Source: Leucoraja ocellata (taxonomy: Eukaryota). Taken from it: 64,000 nucleotides of DNA. A program made the translations under genes and the position numbers. The notes beneath the pieces are model-generated. The model saw nothing but the letters and a program-made list of their open reading frames with translations. It made no database searches and had not been told where the DNA came from. Below are positions 13,476 to 25,829 of this stretch, piece by piece; position 1 is the stretch's first letter, and every line of letters starts with the position of its first letter. The DNA lies in the NCBI GenBank assembly GCA_036785375.1, contig JAWMAR010000061.1:8680001-8744000 (forward strand). Reading direction: 5' to 3'.

Positions 13476-13804
13476 CAAGTTGCTAACAGTTCTTGTGAAT
13501 GTTTTATTAAGTAAACAAAACAATATTGGACATTAATCCAAAAAGGGATTAATACTAACGGTATGTAAGAATTTCCATTAGCCATAGTGCAGTTTGTGCA
13601 TTCACCTGTTTCACCCACTCAAACTTGGGAAATCTTTCTGATGTCAATATATTCAGATGTGTTTTGTCCAAATAGTTTTATTATGACCATCATAACAAGT
13701 GTGAAGAAACCAAGTGTGATGGTTGTTTTAGTATCACTGATGATGTCTGACTACAGTAGCAAATCGTTGTGTGCTGATTGCAACCCGTTTTGTTCTTTTA
13801 CTAG

Positions 13805-13844
13805 GAGGAGTAGGAACACAAAAGCCAAACCAGTTTTGCCAAAG
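13805..13844 (+). CDS. MYO9A: MYO9A small exon (RSRNTKAKPVLPK)
   Basis: ttttactag acceptor, aag|gtgaga donor, 40 nt, phase 2-0; required to link the frames of the flanking exons. Confidence 0.93.
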
Positions 13845-14011
13845 GTGAGAATGTGTACTGATGTTATTGATGTGTGCTGTTTATCTTGGCCTATGCATGA
13901 TTGATCACAATGAAATTGTAAATCATGTTTGTGCACAGAGAGTTGTGATTTGCTAAAATGACTTGTGAGAAATTGTTAAAGTATCAGACGAGTCTTCTGA
14001 ATTTCATAAAT

Positions 14012-15090
14012 GATTGGAGCAGAATTAGGTCATTCAATAGGCAATAGGTGCAGGAGTAGGCCATTCGGCCCTTCAGGCCAGCACCGCCATTCATTATGAT
14101 CATGGCTGATCATCCACATATTCTACTGGGTGGCACTGTCAGCGATGGCAGCCTCGCCAACGGTCTGTCTGTCTTTTTGTCTTTTTTGTTATTTTCAGTG
14201 TGTTTTAAAGGTATGTGTTAATGTTCTCTAGTTTGTTTTATGTGGGAGGTGGGAGAGGGGGTCGAAGGAAACTTTTTTCTCAATCTCTTACCTTTCCGGA
14301 GATCAGGTTGTTTTCCGGATCGTATCTCCGGTCGCTCTGCGGCCTAACATCATGGAGCTGGTGGCCTTGCTAGAGACTGACTTTGAACCCCACCCCAGGG
14401 CCGTGGACTTGCCATCGGAGCCTGCGATCCCTTGCCTGGAATCGACGCTCAAACTGTGGTTATGTTTCAATAAGATTCCCTCTCATCCTTCTAAATTCCA
14501 GTGTTTACAAGCTCAGCTGCTCTAATCTTTCAACATATGACAGTCCCGCCATCCCTGGAATTAACCTCGTGAACCAACGCAGCACTCCCTCAATAGCAAG
14601 AATGTCCTTCCTTAAATTTGGAGACCAAAACTGCACACAATACTCCAGGTGTGGTCACACCAGGGCCCTGCACAACTGCAGAAGGACATCTTTGCTCCTA
14701 TACTTAACTCCTCGTTATGAAGACCAACATGCCATTAGCTTTCTTCACTGCCTGCTGTACCTGCATGCTTACTTTCAGTGTGATGTACAAGGACATCTCG
14801 TTTTTCGGCCCATTAAGTCTACTCCGCCATTCAATCATGGCTAATCCTTTTCCCCCTCTCAACCATTTTCCTGCCATCTCTCTATAGCCCCTGACACCCG
14901 TATTAATTAAGATTCTATCTCTTCCTTAAAAGCATCTATTGACTTGGCCTCCACAGCCTTCCGTGACAATGATTTCCATAGATTCACCACCCTCTGACTA
15001 AAGAAATTCATCCTCATCTTCCTAAAGGAATGTCCTTTAATTCTGAGGCTATGACCTCTGGTTCTAGACTCTCCCACTGGTGGAAGCATT
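14012..15090 (-). mobile_element. Nested CR1 fragments with a GC-rich element at about 14122-14460
   Basis: Minus ORF GESRTRGHSLRIKG...FFSQRVVNLWKSL; outer copy split between 14034 and about 14805. Confidence 0.8.
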
Positions 15091-15475
15091 TGGAGCTCAG
15101 TACTTTTGTTTCTCTACCCCCCCTCCTTTCTTTACCTCTGACAGGCATCCCATTTCTACAACACTAACTGGGTGCTGATTTGAATTTGGAGCCAGTCAGT
15201 GTAACAGTGCAAGTTGTGGCAGTAAAGCTGCAAATGATTCATAGTCAGTGTTGGATGATGAACACACTGTTATTTTTGAGTTGGCAAACAGCTTCCCTCC
15301 TTTCAACTCAGTTACCAAAGATGGAAACTTCCAGGCTTGCTGATGAGTGAAACGTGCCAGTTCTTCCAGCAGTTCATATCCAGCTTCACTAATGTTTACT
15401 GAATAAACTCCTGCATTGGACATGGAGCAAATTGCCCGTTTTTTCAGGCTCTTTATTGGTTGGTTTCTTAATGGT

Positions 15476-15727
15476 CAATAGACAATAGATGCAGGAGCAG
15501 GCCATTCGGCCCTTCGAGCCAGCACTGCCATTCAATGTGATCAGTACCCAGTTCCTCCCATATCCCTTGACTCCGCTAATTTTAAGAGCCCTATCTAGCT
15601 CTCTCTTGAAAGCATCCAGAGAAACTGCCTCCACCGCCCTCTTAGGCAAAGAATTCCACAGACACCACTCTGTGAGAAAAAGTGTTTCCTCGTCTCCGTT
15701 CTAAATGGCTTACTCCTTATTCTTAAA
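15476..15727 (-). mobile_element. CR1 LINE 3' fragment
   Basis: PKRAVEAVSLDAFKRELDRAL on minus strand; close match to 59283-59543. Confidence 0.85.
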
Positions 15728-16409
15728 CGTGCCTGGGATGCAGCAACAAGTAAGATTTTTCATTGTACCTGTACCACACCGAACTTGGCATACGTTGGCG
15801 TAGACTCGGTGGGCTGAAGGGCCTGTTTCCACGCTGCATCTCTGATTGCAAGCCATGCAGATGGTTTGGTTAATCAGCAACTGTAAATTAACATTTGTGC
15901 GTGGTGAGGGGTAAGATCTGAGGTGAAGTGAGGGGAACGTAGGGAGAATAGTGTGGGATTGGTGTATGTAGGTGCATGGACATGGTGACAAGGTGTCAGG
16001 TTCCATTCTGTGTGATTCTTGCCGTCTTCCCATGCCGTGGACAAAAAAGGCCACAAAAATATTCATGTTCCAATCAACAAAGTTTCATTTTGTCTTTAAA
16101 TAGATTTCAAAATAAAACTAGGCTCGGGAAAATACCATTACGGAACTACAGTATTATTTATAAACCTATCTGGTTCACTGACGTATCTTGGGGAAGGAAA
16201 TCTGCTGTCCTTATCTAGTCTGGTCAACATGAGTTCAGACCCACCCATGTACGTAGTTGTCTTTTAAATGTCTCATCAGATCAGGATAGTTTGGTTTGGA
16301 CAGTAAGTGGTGGCATTAGCTGCAATGTGCTCATCTTGTGAATGAATTAGAACATTTCCATCTTTCCCTCGTACTTTCCCTGTTATGGTTTGCATATTTC
16401 ACTAAGATA

Positions 16410-16805
16410 GCAATGATCCCTACCACTGGGGCCATGCCCTCTTTCCAATTCTACCATCAGGCATGAGGTACAAAAGTCTCAAATCTCACACCGTCAGAAA
16501 CAGGAATAACTAGTTTCCCACAGCTATCAGGTTCTTGAACCAAGCTACATAACCCTAATCCGACCTCAACAACCGAACACTGCCCACCCCCTGCACTACC
16601 AACGACTTGTTTTTGTTTCAATTACGTTTTTGCACTAATCTCTTTTTTGCAGTCTTTTCTTTCTTTTGGAATTTCATATATAATTTATTTATAACTTGTT
16701 TCTGTGTACATGTCTGAATCTCCGTGCCTGGGATGCAGCAACAAGTAAGATTTTTCATTGTACCTGTACCACACCGAACTTGGCATATGTCAATAAACTT
16801 GAACA
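16410..16805 (+). mobile_element. Decayed Rex/Babar-type LINE 3' fragment
   Basis: DPYHWGHALFPILPSGMRYKS remnant; ends caataaacttgaac. Confidence 0.7.
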
Positions 16806-16953
16806 TGTACATAGAATGTAGTCAATGTCTCTCGCTGATCTTTCCATTCCAACTTACTCGCCGCTAGCGCTGTTTAAACCATAGAAAACATTTGACATGA
16901 GAGCATTTGAGGCTGTTTTAAAATGGCGCTTTGTGTTTCTCTCCATTCTGCAG

Positions 16954-17076
16954 CACTTATTAGATGTGAAGTCACTGAAGTATCTGGCAAGCCTGACTCT
17001 TCATGACCGCATCACCAAGTCTCTACTCCACTTGCACAAAAAGAAAAAGCCACCCAGCATCAGTGCTCAATTCCAG
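16954..17076 (+). CDS. MYO9A: MYO9A exon (HLLDVKSLK...[13 protein letters not shown])
   Basis: ctgcag acceptor, cag|gtaagg donor, 123 nt, phase 0-0. Confidence 0.96.
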
Positions 17077-18030
17077 GTAAGGGGGTTCTTTCCGCTGACA
17101 TTTTCTTTTTGAATATTTTGCGCTCAATGCTACATCTTCATTGACTAGATCCAGATACTCGTATGTGTTCACTATGTACCAGTAATCCAATGGTTTCTGA
17201 TAACTCTCTGAATCTTTTTTGTTTTGGGATATCTTTCATGCCTGCACATGTCGGTCATTCACATCACTTAAGAGAGTTATAACCTGCCCTTCAAACCTCA
17301 GGAACATATAGAAAAAAACAAATAAACATTGAATGGTATGGATATAATGAGGACTAAAGAAATGGATTTATCATAACTTATTTCTCTTGCACCTTAGCAT
17401 TCTGTGTACATTAAATAACCTCAGCTGGTTGGCTTCTTGCCACACCATGCCTTGAATGAACTGTTTCTGAGGTGGTTAAGAAGAGCATTTAATTAAGAAT
17501 TGACATGAGCTGTTGATGAGGATAATTATCGTATTCATCTCTTAACTTGAGATGAGTTCCCCTATGAGCAATACCTTGTGAGGGTGACTGATTTACTGAA
17601 GTGCCGTTTGCGTGCATTCTAAGTCTATGCCTTTAAGACAATTCATTTTGGAATAGTAAATCATCCTTCTGTATAACCCTTTTTCCACATGCCATGGATA
17701 TGACTCTTTAAGTTTCAAGTAATGTGGGATGATAGGATTTTTCCCCATTGCTTCCGTTGCCAATTTGTGCATTTTATAAATGACCTCCGTTCTCACTGAG
17801 GACGGGGATGTTCTTGGAGTATCCATCTCCTGTTAATACTTTTGTTGCTCATTACCATTCAGTTCGGTATGGGAGGGACCAGAGCATAGTGCTTCGATTA
17901 TACTTGCATTTAGTGTAATGCTTTATCTTCAGCATAGAAGATGGATTAATGTCATTTCATTTCCTGTCATTGTGTACATTTGATCTTGTTGGAGTAATTA
18001 ATCATCACAACAATTTTTTTCCTCGTGCAG

Positions 18031-18111
18031 GCTTCTCTCAATAAGCTCATGGAGACCTTGGGACAGGCAGAGCCTTACTTTGTCAAGTGCATCCGATCAA
18101 ATGCAGAAAAG
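18031..18111 (+). CDS. MYO9A: MYO9A motor exon ([27 protein letters not shown])
   Basis: gtgcag acceptor, weak aag|gtcttg donor, 81 nt; universal myosin motif PxFVxCIxxN. Confidence 0.96.
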
Positions 18112-18466
18112 GTCTTGTATCTATTCCTCAATTTAACGACAAATTAGTTAAGAAACCAGAATTGAAGACTAAACTTGGTAGAACAGGGTAAATTGTACAG
18201 ATAGGTGACTTGGAAATCTGAAATAAATGCAGCAATTGCTAGTAATACATGAGACGATGGGAAACATCTTTGGAGAGAGCAACATTATAATAATTATAAT
18301 TCATTAGAATAATAGTTTGCACTTGCATAAAACCATTAACATTTAAAGAGGTTTCTCAGGGGTGCAATCCAGGCTGCATGAGATTATGGAGCTAAGGAGG
18401 GGTAGAGCTAAGTCTGTTATGAGAATGCATTTTTTAAATACTGGTGTGGCAGTCTGAAGCATGGTT

Positions 18467-18486
18467 GGGGGGGGGGGGGGGGGGGG
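18467..18486. repeat. G20 homopolymer
   Basis: Read directly. Confidence 0.95.
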
Positions 18487-18594
18487 CTTTTGAACAGGTC
18501 ACCCTGTTCAACTATTCTGAAATAGGTGAGTGGTAGTGTAATTGATCTTGGTGTGCCCAGTGTACATCTGAAAGTCAGTCTCATTACAAGATGA

Positions 18595-18684
18595 GACACA
18601 AAATGTTGGAGTAACTCAGCGGGTCAGGCAGCATCTCTGGAGAGAAGGAATGGGTCAGGTCGACACCCTTCTTCAGACAAGATT
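18595..18684 (-). mobile_element. Short Penelope-like terminus with 12-bp target-site duplication
   Basis: attacaagatga at 18583-18594 and 18685-18696. Confidence 0.8.
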
Positions 18685-19334
18685 ATTACAAGATGATGTT
18701 GATTGGACAACATATTGATGAGATAGAATAAAGATCAAAGATGCAAGTTGGAGAGGCCTTGTGGATCATGTGCAGTAAAATTATTGCAGTAAAAAGATAA
18801 ATAACTAAAAGCAACTGACTCAAGAATGGGCAATCCAGTTTGTATAAAGACGGTCTGGTCAATAAAGAGAAAGAGAGCAATGTTGTCAGAATATCGAAGG
18901 GTGCTCTTTAGAGTTTTGGTTCGGATTGTTTCAGCAGAAAACCAGTGGAACAATTTAAGAATGGAGCTACAAGTAAAAGAGATGAGCTCGTCTAGTGATG
19001 TGACATTCATGGACCACAGAGGAAATAAAACTGGAATTGTTGTGATGGGAATACTATTAAAGAGAAGGATGCTGTATCAGTTAGCATCTGGAGTGTAAAT
19101 ACACTGGTTTACAAAAAAAAAAGACACAAAGTGCTGGGGTAACTCAGTGGGCCATGCAGTATCTCTGGAGAACATGGATAGGAGACGGTGCATGGGGACC
19201 CTTCTTTAGGCATCTGGAAAAGTTGTAAATGGAAGAAATGTGGTCAACAAGATTAGGGTCAAGTGAGCAAGCGCATTGTGTTTGTTAGGCAAGGTGGGAA
19301 CAATTGTGAACATTTATTTTTGTCAACTTTACAG

Positions 19335-19445
19335 CTTCCGTTGCGCTTCAATGATCATCTAGTCCTGAGACAACTGCGGTATACAGGCATGCTGGAAACT
19401 GTCAGGATACGCCAATCAGGCTACAGTATTAAGTACACATTCCAG
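19335..19445 (+). CDS. MYO9A: MYO9A motor exon (LPLRFND...[27 protein letters not shown])
   Basis: ttacag acceptor, non-canonical cag|GCaagt donor, 111 nt, phase 0-0. Confidence 0.94.
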
Positions 19446-20374
19446 GCAAGTACCTCTGATTACTCGTGAGTTTTGTTGTTTTATGCATAATTCTGCTTTA
19501 AATTGGATTTATAAATTGTATCAATTTAAAAAGTGCACCATAAATATCGTAAGCCAGTTGATTACGTTGAACTGAATTCCAGTGATTGAAATATCTAAAC
19601 CTCATTGCACCAAATGCTGAAAGCTGGTGGAATTATGTAAACTTCTCTGGACTTGGGTCAATTTGAACTTTATTTTATTAACAAATGATCATTTATGTCA
19701 GATAAGGTGAGAAATTGTAGAACTTGGTTGTATGCATTAACTTCTGTGACCTTATCTTCAGTTCTATACAGAGCAGACTATCTCCAAATCTATACCCTGT
19801 CTGGTTGGCTCATTCCAATTACTTTTCCTTTATAGAGTAATTTTAGAATGAGGTCCTCAGGATTTGTCACCTCTCCGACAGTTATTCAGTTTGCAGTTCA
19901 TGGGCTCTAGTGTCCATCCCCCCCCCCCCTTTCCGCCGCACCCTGGTACCACTAAATTGGCTGTTCTTCAAATACAAATGGTGATCTAAATGTCATCAGG
20001 CTATCTGGATGTCTGTGGCGACATTCACATTCATGAGTGTATATCTGGCAGGATTCCATGTTGTGATCAGGAGTGGAAGGCTAGCTGTATTTTCTGTTCT
20101 CTTTGTCTGCTGCAACACTACCTACTGTTGTGATTCAATTGCTGCCTTTGCTGAGATCATCGCATTCAACAGCGCCTGGTTGGATCCTAGTGGGTGTCTC
20201 AGTACGCATGTAATGTCATTTTTATTGCTGGAGGAAGTGCACCCTGGATTTGGATTCTAATCCTTATCTTGTTTCTCTTCCTGGTGTGCCTGGGTAATGC
20301 CTTCCCGAGCAGTAGAGTGCTTTATTTGATGTGCTGAACACAGCTGACGTGAGATGTGTTTTGAAATATTTCAG

Positions 20375-20497
20375 GAATTCGCCGATCATTTCCATGTGCT
20401 TTTGCCGCAAAGTACCACCTCTTCTCAACGCAGTATTCGTGACTTTGTGAGAAGTGTGAACCTCAACACAAACAGCTATCAAGTAGGCGAGACAATG
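20375..20497 (+). CDS. MYO9A: MYO9A converter exon (EFADHFHVLLP...YQVGETM)
   Basis: tttcag acceptor, atg|gtgagt donor, 123 nt. Confidence 0.95.
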
Positions 20498-21083
20498 GTG
20501 AGTGATACAGTATGAAACAGCAAATTGGCTGGATTGACTGAATGTACAGTTAGAAGCCATCATGTCAATTTATAATGACAACAAAATGTATGCTGCTCAT
20601 TGAAATCCTACTCTAGTCACAGGCTCATAAAGGGTGTGTTGCAATATTTCTGATACAACCGAGGGGTCTCATTGCCTCTTCCAAAAGTGGCTGTATTTGC
20701 TCAAAGAGAAGATGAAACATCTTCCATTAATGGCAGACGTCTGTTTGGTTTTCTGAATGCATTTGGTCATGTTAGCTATGAGTTGAACCACAGCTTCCCT
20801 ACCTCAGTTTGACGAGTTTGATGGTAAACGTTTGTAGGTTCGAGGATTGAACTTGACTGTGATGCTTCCTCCATCCAATATCCATTTGTACCTTCACCAG
20901 AAAGCTAGATAGGCTCAAGTTGAGAATTTAACCCACCTCCACCCTCTTCCCAGTTACCCAACACCAATACACTGACGCCTTGACCACTGAGTCAGGAACA
21001 TAACCTTGGCCATTCTGCTCCTCCAAGATCCCTGGACTCTGCCTTAGTTCCGTCCTTCTGACTCTGTTATCAAATACAATTGC

Positions 21084-21520
21084 AGTCATCAACACCGCAC
21101 AAAAAAATCACTGGCTGCCCACTGCCTTCCCTGAAAGACATCTTCAGCTCTCGCTGCCTTGGCAGGGCAGCCAACATCCTGAAGGACCCTTCCCACCCTG
21201 GACACAACCTGTTCCACCTGCTGCCCTCTGGCAGACGGTACAGGTCTTTCAAAACTCGCACAAACAGACTCAGAGACAGCTTCTACCCCATAACCATACG
21301 TGAACTTAACAATGCAAAATAAGAAATAACACTCACATTCAACTGAATGGTTACCTCAGCTGCTATTGTTATTTATCTGTAAGTTTTTTTTTATATGTAT
21401 ATATTTTTACCTTTTCTTATATATTTAAAAGTGCTCTTGTGAATCGCACCGTGGGATTGACTTTTAAATTTTGTTGTACCATGTGCAATGACAATAAAGA
21501 GATTCATTTATTCATTCATT
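21084..21520 (+). mobile_element. Rex/Babar-type LINE 3' fragment
   Basis: ILKDPSHPGHNLFHLLPSGRRYRS...RLRDSFYP ORF end, then UTR, atgacaataaa and (attc)n tail. Confidence 0.85.
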
Positions 21521-21665
21521 TTTCTCACACTATGTAGCACACAGAAATGTTTTGCTTCATTGGTGGTGCTGTTTCAGGGGACATTATCACATCTGTGTAT
21601 TTACTTGTTCATGCGTTCTTTGGTGTGTAATACTGTTGCATTTGTCCTGCATCTTCCTAATGTAG

Positions 21666-21815
21666 ATATTTATGAAGGAGAGTGAGCGTCAAAGATTGCA
21701 AAACATGCTACACGAGGAGGTCCTTAGGAGAATCATTTTGCTTCAGAGGTGGTTCCGCACTGCACTTGAACGGCGACAGTTCTTGCAGATGAAACGAGCT
21801 GCAGTTGTGATACAG
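21666..21815 (+). CDS. MYO9A: MYO9A exon, end of motor and first IQ (IFMKESERQ...ILLQRWFR...AVVIQ)
   Basis: tgtag acceptor, cag|gtttgt donor, 150 nt. Confidence 0.95.
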
Positions 21816-22004
21816 GTTTGTACATAACTGGAAGCTGCCATGATCATAGCAGAGCGCAGTACACAGGTTTAATACTACTTTTGGGAGGGAGCCCCTCTTA
21901 AGGTGAAGCAACTCTGCACTTTGTCCTCTCATGCTTGTCTGCAAAAGGCAGCTTGTGCCATAAAGTTTGATTGATTCTGTTTTGATAGCAGGAGTCAAAG
22001 CAGA

Positions 22005-22450
22005 GCTCAGAGTGTTTAATTGTCATATGTACTGGAAACAGAACAATTAAATCCTTACTTGCATCACTTATAACAATAATGCAACAAATATGCATGCAAT
22101 AATCTGTAATACAATACATTAATAATCAGTAATACTAGGTGATCAGACCATTATAGTTCAAACTTCAAATTCATGATGCAACCTGAAATAATGTCCATAA
22201 TAGATCATTGCTGAGGTAGGGTTGTGGTCAGTGCCCTGCAGTGGGGTTCAAGAGCCTGATTGTCGCTGGGAAGAATCTATTCTTGAACCCCGGCAATGAC
22301 GGCTTTCGAGCTTCTGTACCTTCTTTCCTTTGTAGCAACAAGGTTAGAACATGGCCAGGGCGGTGAGAGTCTTTGACGACATTAGCTGCCTTTATGAGGC
22401 AGTGCCTTCTACAGATTCTACAGATGGGGAGGTGATTGGGCTGGACACAA
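22005..22450 (-). mobile_element. Decayed Rex/Babar-type LINE 3' fragment
   Basis: Similar to 44565-44980. Confidence 0.65.
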
Positions 22451-22825
22451 CTGCCGTTACTGTTTTATTCTGTTGGAAACATCCTAGTAGGGTGACTTTT
22501 TTCTCGTTCCTATGTGATTTGCTTTATTCGTTTAATTGTCAATTCCTTGCCAGGTTTATTTGGGTTCCCACTAGTGATTGGACAAAGTTTTCTTTAGGGC
22601 TTTGCAGATTGGATGTGAGCAAAGAGGTGGCTAAACCTTGCTGTTAACTATATCTTGTCAGTGTATACATCCCCCTTGACTAGTTATGTGCATATTTAGA
22701 ACACGCTGTTGGATGTCCTTTTTGCAAAATGTTTTTTAACGATGTTGATTTTTATGGCAACACAAACAGAAACAGAATTGATGATATTCTAGATTTTCTC
22801 AATTCTGTTCATTATTTCTTTGCAG

Positions 22826-23130
22826 AATTATTGGCAAAACTACAAAATGAGTCAGAACCTCATCTACACAGACCACAGTGTCTCAGATGCAGCAGCAACT
22901 ACTATTCAGGCTGTGTGGAAAGGCTACAGCCAGAGAAAGGTGTACTTGCAAATGCGTGATGCAGCTATTGTTATACAAAGGTGCTGGCGTGATTATTACA
23001 GGTACAAGCTTGCAGCACTCTGCATTCAGACAAATTGGAGAAGGTACAAGGAAATGCAAACGTACAGAGCTTTCAGGGATAGCATCATTAAACTTCAAGC
23101 AGCAAACCGAGGATTTGTTGTGCGACGCAG
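22826..23130 (+). CDS. MYO9A: MYO9A IQ-motif (neck) exon
   Basis: ttgcag acceptor, ag|gtaata donor, 305 nt; IQAVWKGY, IQRCWRDY, IQTNWRRY, LQAANRGF. Confidence 0.96.
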
Positions 23131-23376
23131 GTAATACTACAAGACTTGTTTTTGCTTCTTATTTGTATACCTTACAATTAAATTATATATATGACCAGCT
23201 GCAGCAATACTCAGTGCGTGTATACAGCTTGTCAGTCACAGATACATTCACTGCTACTCATATTTGCATTCAGGTTATCATTACTGGAGAGTAATCACTC
23301 TCTCTCGCTCCCTCTCTCACCTTCTCTCTCTCATTGCGCACTCTTGCCCTCTCGCTCGCTCTCTCACTTGCACACT

Positions 23377-23579
23377 NNNNNNNNNNNNNNNNNNNNNNNN
23401 NNNNNNNNNNNNNNNNNNNNNNNNNNNNNNNNNNNNNNNNNNNNNNNNNNNNNNNNNNNNNNNNNNNNNNNNNNNNNNNNNNNNNNNNNNNNNNNNNNNN
23501 NNNNNNNNNNNNNNNNNNNNNNNNNNNNNNNNNNNNNNNNNNNNNNNNNNNNNNNNNNNNNNNNNNNNNNNNNNNNNNN
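23377..23579. other. Assembly gap (203 N) next to a CT-rich microsatellite
   Basis: N run preceded by (CT)/(CTCG)-rich sequence at about 23297-23376. Confidence 0.99.
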
Positions 23580-23738
23580 AGGTGAATTCTAGTATTTTTG
23601 CAGCTGCGATGATTGAATTTGAAACCATTATCTGAAGTATAATTATGCAATGAGCATTGAGAGCATTTTAACTGAACAAAAACACATACATTCCAGCCCC
23701 TTTAATGATCACAATTGAATTTTTGCTTCTTGTTTTAG

Positions 23739-25406
23739 ATTTCAGGCATTGAAAAGACAAAAGTGTAAAGAAAATAAAAAACAGCTGGATGATGAACAAG
23801 AAATAGGATTGGATGAACACTTGAATGAAAATCTTTCTCAGCTAAAACAAATGGAATCTGAACTGAATGAGAGCCCTGTTTTGAAAGACAATGACATTCA
23901 GGATGTACCTGCTGACTGCAATGATAGATCTCCAGATATACAGGCGGGAACTTTCAACTTTGCCAATAGTGCAAATGTGCTCCAGTGTGTCACAGTGAGG
24001 GAGAGACCAAAGTCGTTGCCCGGAGACCCCGATAAACAGAAAGTGGTGCGCGCCAAACGAAACAGCCGGAGAATGAGAGAATTGGAGCAGGCCATATTCA
24101 GTCTTGGACTGCTGAAGGTGAGGTCAGGAGGTGTGTCTCCCTCAGAGGAAGGGCGCTGGTCCAATGAGCTGATTTCTGACAGTGTGAACTCCTTGTCTCC
24201 TCAGGGAACACCAGACAGTGAGAGCTCAAGAGGTAGTTTTGAGGCACCCAGTGGTGATGATGGCCATAAGAGAAAACTATCTTTAACTGTTTCTGATGAC
24301 TTGGTCTCTGATTCCGGCCTACATACCACTCAGGATAATCTATCATCTAGTCCAAAGTTCATTGATCACGGTCTGTCCACTGACCTCCAACTTAATGGAA
24401 ACAACCTGTCTTCCAGTTCTCATGCTAACACTAATTCTCACAGTCATATTTCCATGTCTCCAGGAACAGCCAACAAGGAGTGTGATTTTCAAAGATCAAG
24501 TTCGGAAGATTGGTCTCCCAGTCCTAGACCATTGGCTAAGCAGGAATCCAGCTTTTCAAGCTTGTTGCCAAATCATGATAGTAGCCCTGTGCCAAATGAC
24601 ACTACTGCTGTAGGTACTGACAGCCATACATTCAAAGACACTACCATCGGTCCCAAAACAAGCAGAGCAGAAGATGACAAGGCCTCACCGCTCTATGGTG
24701 AACCTGCCATGGACACAAACATGGATTCCTTCCCACAGACCACAATTCTGGAAAAGTTGGAATGGTTAAATGTACAGCAGGCAGAGAGACAGAGACAGAG
24801 ACGGCAGCAAAATGAGAAGGAAATGATGGAACAGATAAGGCAGCAGAAAGAAATCCTTGAGAAACAACGCAAAGTTTTTGAAAAGCAGGAGAAGGATATG
24901 TTTGAGAGACAGCGAGGGGAAGCTCTACAGAAGATAGAACAGTGCAGACAGAATGATTGTCCTCAGGTTCTTTACAAATCTCCAAGCAAGCAGGCAGACA
25001 GGCCTCAGTCTTTTCTTGTTCTGCAGCAAGACAGAAAATGGGATCGAGCTATCAGTTCTGATTCGCTTTCAGCAGCAGACACTGAGTCTAAGTTATTGAA
25101 CACTGCAGAATCTTTAAATACTGACAATACCTCGGGTCAGTCCACAGGAAGAAATAGACCTGTCACAATGTTTTTTGAAATTAAGGAGCTGCAACCAAGT
25201 GGCCAACAGGAATTCAATAAGCCAGATGGCTGGGCCCCTAAGCTGAGCTTGGAATCCCGTGAAACTTTTCCCAGCTCAGAGCACTTCCCGCAGGCTCAAC
25301 CTCAAAAGGGGCATGCAAGCACAAAAGAAGAGTCGACCAATAATACTGCTAAGGACAGGAACAACGTCTTATTCTTTTTGCCGAAGGACAAGAATACACT
25401 GAGCAA
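23739..25406 (+). CDS. MYO9A: MYO9A large tail exon (Ser-rich low complexity and coiled coil)
   Basis: ttttag acceptor, aa|gtaagt donor, 1668 nt, phase 2-2; contains SRRMRELEQAIFSL and QQNEKEMMEQIRQQ. Confidence 0.96.
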
Positions 25407-25829
25407 GTAAGTTATTTTTCTTAATTAGTCGGGAGTATAAATAAACTTGGTTAAAGTCTGCTCAAAGCAAATTCTAATAGAGCACTAACATGAGCAGCAG
25501 TGGAATAATCAGTGAGGGTTTGCTGGAGAGCGATGAAGATACTGGCCTGGTTTGGAAAGGCTTATTTACTTGTTCCATTTCAATAACACTCACATTTTAT
25601 GCAGTTATCTCTTTAAATCAAGGAAAAATAATAAACTACAGGAATAAACCCCCCCCCCTCCCCACACATAAATTATGGGGAGAAGGCAGGAGATAGATCA
25701 GGCATGATCAAATGGCGGAGTAGACTCGATGGGCCGAATGGCCTAATTGTATGCCTATCATGTATGACTTTATGACATAGCTCAAGAAACAGGACCTTTT
25801 GAAAGTTTTCTACATAACATTCATGTCAG

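Noticed and set aside
18112-18117. Weak donor GTCTTG as a sign of pseudogenisation
   Set aside because: GT is intact, the exon side is AAG, and all exons keep an open frame with key motor, C1 and GAP residues.
18467-18486. G20 run as a functional G-quadruplex
   Set aside because: Mid-intron homopolymer of uncertain length with no supporting context.
23191-23650. ORFs containing X runs
   Set aside because: Artefacts of translating across the N gap.
23749-25410. 553-aa ORF as a standalone gene
   Set aside because: It starts at TTG, is bounded by splice sites, and is in frame with the neighbouring MYO9A exons.
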